Part shown: piece by piece, positions 26,029 through 39,559 of the stretch | Layout: every line of letters starts with the position of its first letter | Numbering within the stretch: position 1 is the first letter of the stretch | Assembly: GCF_009914755.1 (NCBI RefSeq) | Contig: NC_060929.1 | Direction: 5' to 3' (one strand) | Length of the DNA stretch: 64,000 nt | Source of the DNA: the human T2T-CHM13v2.0 reference genome, Homo sapiens | Translations under genes and position numbers: made by a program | Notes under the pieces: model-generated | Databases searched by the model: none | What the model was told of the DNA's origin: nothing | Seen by the model: the letters and a program-made list of their open reading frames with translations, nothing else

Positions 26029-26398
26029 TGGAAAGAAGTAAGGAAGGAAAAGGACCAAAGAACTATATAATATCTGGTAGCCCTGGGATGTGTAAACATC
26101 TATCATTATAGACTTTACAGTAGTAGTTTAAATTTGTATTATATGCAAACCATTTATATTGTGTAAAATTTATATTCATTTCCCATGTAATTCACATAAA
26201 ATTTAAAATGCTAATTTTTCTATCCTATCTTGGTGATTTGCTGTATGCCAGAAAGTTTGCTAAGGGATTTACTCATATATCACTTTCCATTTAATCTTTA
26301 CAATAACCTTTGGGGTAAGTATCATTATGCCCATTTTATGAATAAGCAAACTATGACTTAACTATGGTTAAGCAATTTGCCCAAGGTTTCAAACCCAG

Positions 26399-26708
26399 TG
26401 TTTTAGATCATTCAGTCTGCTACAACAAAATACCATAAACTGGGTAGCTTATAAACAACATTTACTTCTTACAGTTCTGGAGGCTAGAAAGTTCAAGGCA
26501 TTGGCAGAGTTGATGTCTGCTTTCTGATTCTTTGCGCTGTGTCCTCACATGGTATAAGGAACAAGGCATCTCTCTTGGGCCTCTTTTATAAGGGCTCACC
26601 CTCATGATCTAATCATCCCTCAAAGACCCCACCTCCCATTATCACCACATTGGTGATTATGTTTCATCATATAAATTCTGGGGAGATACAAATATTCAGA
26701 CCATAGCA
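26399..26708 (-). mobile_element. MaLR LTR (MLT1A/MSTD-like) inserted in a MIR
   Basis: ctgctacaacaaaataccataaactgggtagcttataaacaac...ttcagaccatagca; MIR sequence on both sides. Confidence 0.85.
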
Positions 26709-26996
26709 CCTGCTAAGTGACTTCACTAAAGTTCAGACACAATTCCATCAGGTTCCACAGATTAAGTTCTTAAGCCGTAATGCCTCTAAAATATTTCTCT
26801 GAACAGAAGCCATTCACATGGACGATAAATACAACTCACAAATACAACTCCAATAGTCACATTACAAAAGAACAAAAATTTTATTTCAGGAATTACAATT
26901 TAAAAATAAATAAGGAAAAAAAGCTGTACAATTGAAATTTTGCTTTGTAGGAATTCAGTTTATTATAACAAACTAGGGTTTTTCACATGTACATTG

Positions 26997-27353
26997 TGTC
27001 TTAGTTTATTCTGGCTGCTATAAAAAATACCATAGACTGGGTGGCTTATAGATAACATAAATTCATTTTTCATAGTTCTAGGGGCTGAGAAGTCCGAGAT
27101 CAGGGTACCAGCAGATTCAGTGTCTGAGGGCCCAAAACCTTGTAGGCAGCTATCTTCTCACCGTAACCTCACATGGTGGAGAGGGCGAGAGATCTCTCTG
27201 GAATGTCTTTTATAAGGGCACTAATTCGTTTATGAGGGCTCTGTCGTCATGACCTAATCACTTTCCAAAGGCCCGACCTCTTAATACTATCACTTGGGGT
27301 TTAGGATTTCAACGTATGGATTTGGAGGAAACATAAACATTCAGTCCATTGCA
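26997..27353 (-). mobile_element. MaLR LTR (MLT1A0-like)
   Basis: tgtcttagtt..ggctgctataaaaaataccatagactgggtggctta...aacattcagtccattgca. Confidence 0.88.
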
Positions 27354-30300
27354 AATGGTAGATAAATTACATTGCAGAGAAACAACAAATTGAACTATCT
27401 ACCTTGTGTAGGTGAAATTTTAATTGTTTTCTTTATTCTTTCCCCTAAATTACTGTTTCAGGACATATGAGGGGTTAAAAGAAGTAGTTAACCACAATTC
27501 TATAATCGTTTTGTATACATAGTTCGGAGAGCTATAATTGCTTAAAAGATAAAGGCTATAAAGTTCCCTAGTAAAACTCACTCTGTGTGTATAATTTTGG
27601 CGTGGATATATTTTGTAAGTGCAATTACTCATGGATACAGAGTAAACACTTGTAATTTCACCAATGATTGAGCAATTCTAGGTCATCCTCGTGTGCTTCA
27701 AAATGATTACTCTGACTTCAAGTGACCAGTTGGAATGAAAGCTAATTGACTGTTGCTTATTTAATCTTCCTCATATCTCCCTGCTCTCTGACCCCTTCAT
27801 TCACATAAATATTACTGGTCCCCTTAACTCCAAGGATATTCCCAGACTATTCTCCAGAGTGCAGCATCATTTTCCCATCTATATCTACCTACCTTTTCTG
27901 TACTCTGCCTTCTACAAACCTCCTCAGATACATCAATTTCCATAAAGATTTAGTGGTTTTACAAATACATTCATCTCTTCTTCTGGCAGCCCAATTGTGC
28001 AATATAACCCATTATGAAATACAAATATAGCTTTTAAATATATTCATCTATTTATAATATAATTTATATTTTATTCGTGTTAACCTTTTATATTGTTAAC
28101 TTCTTGATGTGGCTGACTGATTGATTGTTCCTCAAACACATCTTCTCTCCTTTCTAGCATAACAATTTGAGGAAAACCACAATAATCTATTTCATGATGA
28201 AGTCCTCAGATTTAGTAATTAACTGATACAAGTTTATTATAAAAATTGACAATCCAAAGAAGTTATTATAATACACTATCCTAGAAAAGAGTAAAAATAT
28301 GGATTAGAGCATTGTATACTTTATTACTCATGATTTTGTTAAAAATAAATAAAAATAACTGCTAAGGTAACACTTTGTATTTTTATGTCTCATTGATGCA
28401 TCACAAAACCTATACTGTTTTCCACAAGGAACTAACAAGTTTCTCTTGAAAAGATGTAACACATTTTCTGCTGGGTAGGAAAAATCTGAAGTATGATTTT
28501 AAATTTTGTTACAGCTTTTGTGCAACTAGTAGTCAAAACAATTATTTTTAATTATCTGGAATAATTATTTTCTAATCAGATACTAATGTGAGAGGGATTA
28601 AGTGTTTTTGTCTTTGCATTTTCCTCTCTCCATCATAAACTCAACTACCAGCAAATGCATAAACATCTACTTCACTTCCCAGGCCTCTCTGTGGTTCACG
28701 ATACTGCTAAAATCACAACCTCTTTTTCAAGGTATTCATTTTCAAAGAGCTCTCCTGTAACCATTTGTCCCTTTTCCTCCCAACTCTCAGTAAGAATACA
28801 AATAATTATAGGAGAAAACCCCCAAATTTTCTATCATGCTATTGTATGTCCAGTTGACTTCTCTTGCTCATAGGAGACATTCTTTACCTTCATCAATTAA
28901 AAGCCTTCCAGCTCCCATCCTGAAAATTACATAAAACTGAAATATCTTAATCAATAGCAGTAAGCAGAGGTTTACTGAAATATTTGGCCATTCCAGACCA
29001 CCCTGCAGATAGCATCAGTACCTCAGTAGTTCTATACCAAAAGTAATCTGATTTTTAGAATGTCATTCTCCATTTTGTAACGAACTGATGTAACCCTGAG
29101 GACCTCCTCCTAATGTTTTTCTTGCATAGATTGTGTAATGGTTTCCATAGTTTGGAAACCATGAAAAACAAAAAAGAGTGACTATATCCTCCTTTGTGAG
29201 CTTATGACAAGACAGATTCTCTAAATTTACTCTTATAGCTATGTCTCTTTCAGGAGCACCCAAAATACAAAAGGAAGAGAGCCCAGTAGTAGAAAAACCT
29301 ATACTCCAGGAGTACACATTTGTGGTTTGCCTTCACAACATCAATTGCCATTTCCTCCTACATTCAGTTACTTGGAGACTCTGTCCTCCCCCACTCTGGT
29401 CCCATAGCCCAGGCTCAGTCAAGTATTTCCTTGACCACAGTGTTGATTCCATAATGGGTATCTGAATTAAGCCAAGTCCTGTCAGAGCAATGGCTGCAAG
29501 TTTTGAAAGAAAATAGTGTAGAGGTTATCTGTGAATAGAACTAAAAGAGGAGAATGTGGAGATCAAAGCCTGGGAAGGAGATGTCATATTTTAAAAAAAA
29601 GAGTCAGTCGTATCTGCAGTAAGAATACCTCTGGAATTTTCAGTTACGTGACTCAAGCTTAAAGCAGATTTTCCCTCCTACCACATGCTACATAAAAGAT
29701 CCTGCCTGACTCCCTCCCATAGTATCTGTTTATTTTCTTAAGTTTTTAAATGAAATCACAGGAAAAATGAAAACGGTCTCCCCCTATCCAATGCATACCC
29801 TCAGAACAACAACAGTAGGCCATCTAGCACATTTTCTATGACAGCTACAGTGGTTTCTGCCACTCCTTCATGCTGTCTATTTTGTGGTTGGTGGTTTCCC
29901 AGAGGCTGGTGGTCCTTCTTACCAGACCATGCTGGAGGGAGGACAAGTAGAATATTCTTATGACATTACTCATTCAAGTGGATAATTAATGTGGTTTGAA
30001 ATGTGGTGTTACTGACCTCACATGTGCTCAAAAACAAGAGTGATGGTAATTTTACTTTCAAACCACGATTCTTGGGCATGAGATTTAAAACATAATTTAA
30101 AACAAAAACAAAAAACATGTGGCATGAACACAAGAGATATCATCCAGTTTGTATATAAAAATGTGATTAGAGAATATAAATGTAATATGATAGTCATAGG
30201 AAAAAATACAAAAGTTGTCATTTTATTTCAAATGTTTTACTAAAAGTTATTTTTCTCTTTGAAACAGAAAATTGGTTTTATGTTCCCCTACTTGTCAAAG

Positions 30301-31079
30301 CCATTTAAGCAGATCAGGTTAGAGGTCCTAATTACAAGTTGTTGACAGCTTGTGTTCATACTGATACACAGTCTGACAGGTATACTATTTGTTTGTTTTA
30401 ATTTAAATATAATTTACTATCCATAAAAGGTAGGAGATTAATGGTCCTAGAAACTGAAATCAGTTCTCTATTTACCAACTAAAGAGAGTCTTATCTAGGA
30501 AAGTCTGTGTTTTCATACCAATTTGTCTCATAGGTGAGAATGTATTTTGTACACTATAATAATTCAATCCTTGGTTTTTCTCTTGAGATTGCCCACAAGG
30601 GTGCTAATTGCATTGGTGACTCTTGTTACATTCACATTAAAAATTACTCTGAGTTCCCAACATCATTTTGCATAATCTAACAGCTAGCAGATACAATGAC
30701 TTTTTGTCACTTCCAATACTACCATTTTGAGCCAGAAGACTCTATAACCCATTAGCAATTCCACCACCACTAAAGGCCCATTTTTTATGTCATTCAGTAC
30801 AAAACTATAATTGTTTTACATTTACCTCTAAAGAAGCATTTAATCTATTCATACATTGGTGCCTTAAATTTAGCCTTTCAATATAAGCCAGTATTTACAT
30901 AGATAGTGTTGAGTAATTTTAAAAAGTCTCCAACTTGAGTTTATACTATTATTGTAGACAGACTTCAAATTTAAGGGCTTACAATAATTTTACTCAGCTA
31001 AAAGTTTTCAGCACTTTTACACATATGACCTCCACATACAACCACCATTGTGATGCAGTCAGTGTTTGAATTTAAAGCA

Positions 31080-33350
31080 GAATTATAAAAGAAGGCAAAC
31101 CCCTCAATAAGAAAAAAGTGCAAAGAACATGAACAGGCAATTCACAAAAGAAGAAATGCAAGGGTTCAGTAAGCATGTGAACAAGTAATTAATGGCACTA
31201 GCAATAATAAAATACTGGATAAAATAACAGTGACACCATTTCTTCACCAATCTTATTATCTATCAATGATTAAAAAGAACCAGGATACCTAGTATTAACA
31301 CTGAGAATGCAGGTAGAAATGTAAAGTATCACAACAACTCTGTAGGAGAATTTGACAGTATTTATTTAAATGTTTTTCACTTTTAGGAATTTATCCAAAG
31401 GAAACAGTTGAAAGTGGTAAAACATATCTAAACAAAAATGTTCATAATTAAATTAAGCCATATACAGAAAGATGCATTGTTCTTGTTTTTGTTCCCCATC
31501 CCCTTCATATCTTCAGCATCAAATATAGTGTTTGGCATAGAAGTTCAATATGTGCTTAATTAATTATGTATATTGTCAAAAAATTATACTCCAACTAAAT
31601 ATCTAAAATTAAGATATTGAACAAAATAAGTTACATTATAGCTTTATAATAGAATACTATGGATCTTTAGAAAATAACAATGTCAGTCAATATTTGTTAA
31701 CTTGGAATGGCATTTAAAATAAATTAAGTTACAAAATGGTAGCATTCTAATTTTGTAAAAATAAATTGTAAAATATTTTCAGAACATAGTCTACACTATA
31801 GTATTGGGAGTGTGTGGGCTATGAAATTTAACTCTTTTTTAAATTATTTGTATTTGCAAAACTTTATAAAAAGGTTGGATATTAATGATGTAATTTGAAG
31901 AAAATGAACACAGTTTTATAAAATCATGGAGTAAAGAAGGGTTTTCTAAGAATAACAACAAAAGCAGAAGCCACAAAGAAAAAGATTGAAGTTTTACAAA
32001 TATTAGATTTTTGTCTGTTTTATACAGCTATTTACAAATTTAGCCTTGAGTCTGTGTTGAAAAAGGAGAGTCTTTGTCTTTTAGAGATCTGTATTCAAAT
32101 ATTGACTAATTAAATGTTACACTGTGTGGGATTTTCTTCAGCATAATCAGGAGTTGGGAAGAGGTAAAACAGGAGAACTGACTGGAGGAAGGTAAAACAG
32201 ACTAGGCATGAGTTGATCATTTTTGAAGCTGGATGATGAATAAATGGAGTTTATGTGTGTTATTGCTACTTTTGTATGTGTTTTAAAGTTTACTTAACAC
32301 AAAAATTTTAATTCCATACAAAAAAGTGATACAGAAATTATGAACTGGGAAAAAGTTGCAAATAAATAATAAAAAATTTGATAGGTTCTTAGCATATAAT
32401 GAAATCATAAATCAATTAAAAAGGTTAAACTAGCAAAGAACACAGACAATTCACAAAAAAGAAGAAATGACAATAAGCATATGAAGATAATTATATGATT
32501 ATATGATAATATATATGTGTACCTCAAAATTTAAAAAGTCACTTAAAATGGGATGAAATTTTCCATTTATCATTGTTTTAAAATGACAAAAATCTATTAC
32601 TGACTTGAATAAAGTGGCAGTCTGAAATACTGTTGACAAGAGTATAAATTGTCAGAATTTCTGGTAATACATATTAAAAATACTTAAAATTTTTACCTAT
32701 CCTTAGACCCAACAATTTTAGTTCTAGGAATGTAAACTAAAAAAAGAAAAAAATCATGGGTGTGCACAAACATTTTTCCAGATAAATATATATAGGAAAG
32801 TAATTTTTATGATAATAAAAGAGATGTCTAAATGTCTAAAAATAGGGGCATTAAGTCACAGTGTTGCGTTCATAATGCAATTTTCTTCTTCCTTTTATTC
32901 ATTCATGTATTCTTTTTTTTCAAAAATATTTACTGAGTTCCTACTAAGTTTCAGGCACTGAGAATAAAACAATGAATAAAGACCATTTCTCTGCTTCAAG
33001 GAGGTACTAACGGAAACAAAAAATAAGTAGCAAAAGGGTTATGGGATAGGAAAAACCTGGGGGTGGGGAGTGGCAGCCACTCTGTACAGTATCAAGGAAA
33101 ACCTTTCTAAGGAGCCCAAAAGGTTGAGATCTGACAAGTAAGAAGAAACCAGTGATGCAATGACCTGGGGAACGAAGATTCCAGGTCACTAAAATAATTT
33201 TGTGAAGAACATTTTTAAACATGGTAAAACGTCTGTGGTAGATTAAGTGGAGAATAAGTAAATTTCAAAATCACAGTAATAATATCTATAAATGCATACA
33301 TTACACATATAATCATAAGGATATATACCAAAATTTTAAGTCTATTTTTC
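31080..33350 (+). mobile_element. Old L1M (ME/MC-like) fragments with interspersed L2
   Basis: gcaaagaacatgaacaggcaattcacaaaagaagaaatgcaa; ttagacccaacaattttagttctaggaat; L2-like antisense end at about 32895-33190. Confidence 0.65.
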
Positions 33351-33370
33351 GTGGTGAAAATGTGAGTGAT

Positions 33371-33682
<312 letters not shown>

Positions 33683-34179
33683 CAATTTTTTTCTTTTCAC
33701 TTATCATTGATTCGTAAGTTTCCTAAGGTAAATATATATTACTTTGTAATAAGAAAATTTTTTTTTAAGATTAAGAGCTCTGCACTTATAAAATTATGGT
33801 TTTCAAACTTACGTTTTCTGGAATTGAAGGTGTGGGTGTGTGGATATTGATGCCATAGGACATGTTGCACATCTTTCCTTAATATTGAATACACTGGAAT
33901 ATTTGGGGTTGTGGGGAAGAATTAAATAAGTAGCAAGTAAGTAACTAAAATATCAATTTTATATTAAGGTAATAAGAAACATGTTATGAAATTTAAAGCA
34001 ACATTTGCATACATGTCCAAGAAAAAAAAAGAGAAAACTTAAAAAAAATATGTCTCAGAGTTACTTTGGGCTAGATCTCTAGAAACTCAGGAGTATTTAT
34101 TTACTATTGTCTTCTAGAGTAATTATCTTGAGAAATGACAGAGATCCAGATAACTGGTCATATAAATTGCTAAGGAGAT

Positions 34180-34507
<328 letters not shown>

Positions 34508-34702
34508 CTAAGATTGGCAGACCTGCTTTTTTAGATGACATCTTCTGGAATACTGAAGACACTTATTTATTGCACACATACTATATTGCCAAGGCACCTT
34601 GCTAAGTAGTGGACATCAGTAGACAATATAGGCAGGGCTTCTATATCATAAAACTTATGTTCCAGTTTTTATCATCAGAGAATAAGTTTATTAATTTATT
34701 AG

Positions 34703-35027
<325 letters not shown>

Positions 35028-35182
35028 CAGTAATTTTCTTAGTATTTATTCAACAAATATTTATGGAGAGCTTACTATGTCAGACAATGTTCTAGGTGGT
35101 GAGGATATAATAGTGAGCAAATACTCCCACATTTACCAAAATTTAGACAAGTTCCAAATAAGGATAAAAATAAAGACAACTA

Positions 35183-35492
35183 GGCCAGGCATGGTAGCTC
35201 ACGCCTGTAATTCCAGTACTTTGGGAAGCCGAGGCAGTAGGATTGCCTGAGCCCAAAGGTTGGAGACCCACCTGGGTAACATCATGAGACCCCATCTCTA
35301 AAAAAATAAAAATTAAAACAAATTAGCTGAGTGTGATGGTGCATGCCTGCAGTCCCACCTACTGAGGAGGCTGAATGGGGAGGATTGCTTGAGCACAGAA
35401 AGTCAAGGCTGCAGTGAGCCGTGTTTGCATCACTGCATTCCAGCCTAGGTAACAGAGTGAGACCCTGTCTCAAAAAATAAAATAAAATAAAA
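35183..35492 (+). mobile_element. AluJ
   Basis: ggccaggcatggtagctcacgcctgtaa...ggaggattgcttgagc..gtcaaggctgcagtgagcc; (TAAAA)n tail. Confidence 0.93.
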
Positions 35493-37203
35493 TAACTAAT
35501 AGAACTGTTATCTACCAGAATTTGAAAACTGAAACTGTTCATAAAAGTGCAGTATATAAGCAAATCATTTCCATATTTATTTACATAAATTAAACCTTAG
35601 TGAAATATTAGTGGAAATATTTTCCATTTTACTGATTTCCAAAATAGTAGTGCTGACCAGTAATATAAAAGGATAATAATATTCTTTTCCACAAAAGAGA
35701 CACTGGAAGAATATGCAAGTTGAAATGTTACAACAAAAATCAACTACTCTATGTTTTCCTCATTGTAATTTCCTGGGTAGCCTCCTCCTCTGAGAGCTGC
35801 CAGAGAAGATAACACATAAAACAAAGCGACTTATAGAGTAAATGTTGGAAATCCTAGATGGTGATTGACTGGAGAAGTCATGATGTATAATTTATCCAAG
35901 TGGCAAGCAGCTTGAGCAAGCTCTAATGTAATTTTGGGCTTAATTATTTGGAAAAAAGGTAAATGGCACATGAAGGAAATCCATAAGTGATACAAGCCTG
36001 GGAGCTGTAAATGCCAACGAGAGGAGGAAACAGTGCAGAGGTGTAGGGAAGTAGCATATATCAGGAGGCAATAGCCCAGAGAAACTCTACTTGGAAAATA
36101 CACAGCAGATATGAAGGACTAATGTTGTCTCCTGGGCCTATCAACTGGAAAACTAGAGCTAAAGGTTTGCAAATTGCACACTTACTCTTGTACACATGTT
36201 ATTGCATCATGTATACTTTCACGGTCGAGATCTGTAATCTTCTGATATAACCTTCTATTTAAAGAACCTACAGATGAACAGATTTCAATTGTGCAACAGA
36301 TACATTTATTCAAGTAAGACTCAAACAGAAATAAATATTAATGGAGAACCAATTAAAAGAGACTTGGAGAGCAATGCAATGGGTATCATTGGATTCTACA
36401 TTTTAAAAATCCAAACATGGTTATGATTGAGAGGTGCTTATCTCTGATTATAGTTTAAATCTACTTCTAAAATCCCAAATCCCCACCACCCTACTATAGA
36501 AAGCTTCACATTGTTCTAGTTCTTCCCAATCCTTCATGTTCTTTCAGTCCAGTTCTCCCACAAAATAGTTTTTTTCTCAAACCGTGACATAGAGAGAATT
36601 TAATTCCCTCTTCATTAGATGTCACTCTGTATGTGTCTGGGTTTATCCCTGAGGCCATTTATTTCTTAGTAGGCAGTATTAGAACACCTCACAACCCATT
36701 GTGGCCCAACACAGGGATTCAGAGTAGAACTATTTTCCCATTATGTTTTCTCTACAATAAAATAGCTTTTTTTTCTAAAATGGTGATATGTAAACATAAA
36801 TGTTTACTAATATAAATACAGTATTTTAAAAGCATATTAATTAAATAAAAGGAAAATATAAAAATTCATTAATACCTAATTACAATTAATGTTCTTCCTC
36901 TGTCAACTCCTTTCTTTATTATTTAATTTAACACTTACTTGTTCTATCTTCACACATAATCACTTGGAACTTTTCCTGATGTTAAGACCTCTCGTGATAG
37001 GCACTCTCCTTTGTGATCTTGCTTGCCCAATCTCTTATCTGTACAAACTTTCCCATCCAGAAGATTTAGCTTTGCTTCTGCTGTGCTCTGGGAGCCAGTG
37101 ATGCTAACTCTTACCACCCAACTGGACATTACTACCGACTTGTCTCCTGGAGACATCAGGAGTTCAGCTTTTTGTCCCATGAGGATTGGCAGAGACTGGA
37201 AAA

Positions 37204-37235
37204 GTGTGTGTGTGTGTACCTGTGTGTGTGTGTGT
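37204..37235. repeat. Interrupted (TG)n
   Basis: Read directly from the sequence. Confidence 0.9.
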
Positions 37236-37406
37236 TAAATACTATCTTGAAAACTACCTGATTCTTTTTCTTCCCAGGAATTCACTCTTACACCCTCCCA
37301 TTTAGCACTGGCCTCACAAACAAATACAATTCATCAACTTTCAAACCAGTCCCAGCTCAGAGAAATCTACTGAAATTGAATCGTATCTAAAGAATTGGAG
37401 GTATAA

Positions 37407-37621
37407 CAAGGGTTGTACTGGTAAATATTTAACAATATGTTCTGGGGTGGAAGGAGGGGTGAGCGAGAGGCCTGCCTTGGAGCATTTGCCATTTCTGTGG
37501 TGTAAATACTCCCACCATGGCTAGTTTTAAGCTTCCCATGTGATGTCACTGACTGTGGAATCAGAAAGAAGTGACAACTTTGGCCTGTGCAAGCCAGTTC
37601 AGGCAGTCTCCAACACACCTG
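37407..37621 (-). mobile_element. MER63A (hAT-Blackjack MITE)
   Basis: ctggtaaatatttaacaa...gcatttgccatttctgtggtgtaaatactcccaccatggc...gtcactga...ctccaacacacc. Confidence 0.82.
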
Positions 37622-38584
37622 GAACACTCAGTTTACTAGACAGAAACTTTCTAAAAGCGTTAAACGGTACATAACAGCTTTCAAAATACACATTCCAGGG
37701 CTTTGCTTCCTGCAGTGGCTATGGATTGCCTGAGTACAAAGATAGATACATTACGCTTGTATAAATTTTGAATGTGAAAACATTGGAAATCATTTTCAAG
37801 ACCTAACACAGGTTAATGCTATTAACCACTATTTATATCAAATCCATCACCTCCCAATATGATTGCATGAAGCAGCACCCCTGTTCATCCTCCCATTAGC
37901 TGGATTGCAATGGTCCCATTGCTAAGATTATTTCAAATTAAAGCTGACAACGTGTTTGAAAAATATACACTCAGGAATATCCTGAGTTGAAGGAGGTGGA
38001 TAAATAGTGGGAGGAAAATTGTCTGATTAGCAAATAAGAGTTCTTAGATTGTATTTCCTGAGGTTTAATATTAACAGGATAATCATGCACAAAAAATTTC
38101 CTTTGAGACAAAAATGAAAAAAGTAATTAAAATCATTCAAATAACTGATATTGAAATTTATCATTTATAGTTCAAGTTCTTCCTCTTTCATGAAGACATT
38201 CCACAACATCTTGCTGCAAAAATGCCTTGTTTCACCACCCAGGTGATAAACCCTTGGAGGACAAGGCAGACCAGACATCTGCATCCTCCATGAAGTCAAA
38301 CATTCAGTACTTTCTTGATTGGTTGATTGACTTCAGCTAAATTTGAAAGTTTTAGACTGAAGCCAGTGATTTTCTTAATCCATAGACAGAGTTGCTCTAT
38401 TCTAAACTTGAAGCTAAGACATACACAATGACAAATCATTTTTTCTGATTTCCAAATTCACTTATATGGAAAGCTGTAATAATGTTTAAAACGCAAATCA
38501 CATCCAGTCATCTGTTAACACATTCTTTCCCGAAAAGAATAAAAGTGATACTATTAAAATGAAAAATACAGAATAGGTAGCATT

Positions 38585-39195
38585 CTAGTCATCTTTTTCT
38601 GTGTAACATATCATCCCAAAACTTCATGGTATAAAACAACTTTCAGGGTTCAGGTGGATTGTTCTGGTGTGGGATCTCAATCATGAAGTTACAGTCAGAT
38701 GATGGCCTCAGACAGCTTGCCAGTAGGAAGTTATACAGGCATCTCTTTCTTTTTTTTCTTTCTTTTTTTTTTTTTTTGGAGACAGGATCTCTCTGTCACC
38801 AGGCTGAGTGGAATAGTGCACTCCCCTGCCTTAGCTTCCCAAAGCACTGAGATACAGTCATGAGCCACCACACCCAACCTTTGGGCATTTTTTATCTCTA
38901 CCTAGTCTCAGGGTTTCTGTATGTGTTCTTGCCAAGAGGTCTCTCCAGCAGAATGAACTCAGAGTAGCCACACTTTTCACATGGTGGCTGACAGCTCCAA
39001 AGATGCATGTCCTAAAATAAACTTGGGGAAGCTGCAAGGACTTTCCTTAGCTCATCTGAGAGATCACACAACTTCAATTCTACCATATTCTTTTATTATT
39101 TGCCATTACTTTAAATGGCAAAAACCGCAATTACTTTTGCACCAACCTAATAGTTGAGGTATTCTCAAAGGGGAGGAAAGTAAATTCCATGTCAA
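38585..39195 (-). mobile_element. Old MLT1 LTR hosting an internally deleted Alu (38745-38879) and MADE1
   Basis: ctgtgtaacatatcatcccaaaactt..ggtataaaacaac; ggtctctccagca; ttttcacatggtggctgacagctccaa. Confidence 0.6.
39099..39150. mobile_element. MADE1 (Hsmar1 mariner MITE), left arm missing
   Basis: tttgccattactttaaatggcaaaaaccgcaattacttttgcaccaacctaa followed by TA. Confidence 0.92.
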
Positions 39196-39212
39196 TTGTT
39201 TTACATGTTGGG

Positions 39213-39534
39213 TTTTGTTTCTTTGTTTGTTTGTTTTGTTTTGTTTTTTGAAGACAGGTCTCATTCTGTCACCCAGGCTGGACCACACACTGGGGCAATC
39301 ATAGCTCACTGCAGGCTTGAACTCCTGGGCTGAAGTGATCCTCCAGCCTCAGCCTTCTGAGTGTCTAAGACTACAGGTGTGCACCATCACACTCAGCTAA
39401 TTTCTTAAAATTTCTCTTAGAGATAGAGTCTCACTGTGTTTCCCAGGCTGGTCTTGATCTCCTGGCCTCAAGTAATCCCCCTGCCTCAGCCTCCCAAAGT
39501 GCTGGGAATACAGGCATGAGATACCAGACCTGTC
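39213..39534 (-). mobile_element. AluJ
   Basis: Antisense dimer with atcatagctcactgcaggcttgaactcctgggct; (GTTT)n-type tail. Confidence 0.92.
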
Positions 39535-39559
39535 TCACCTTCTTATTTTAAAAATACTG

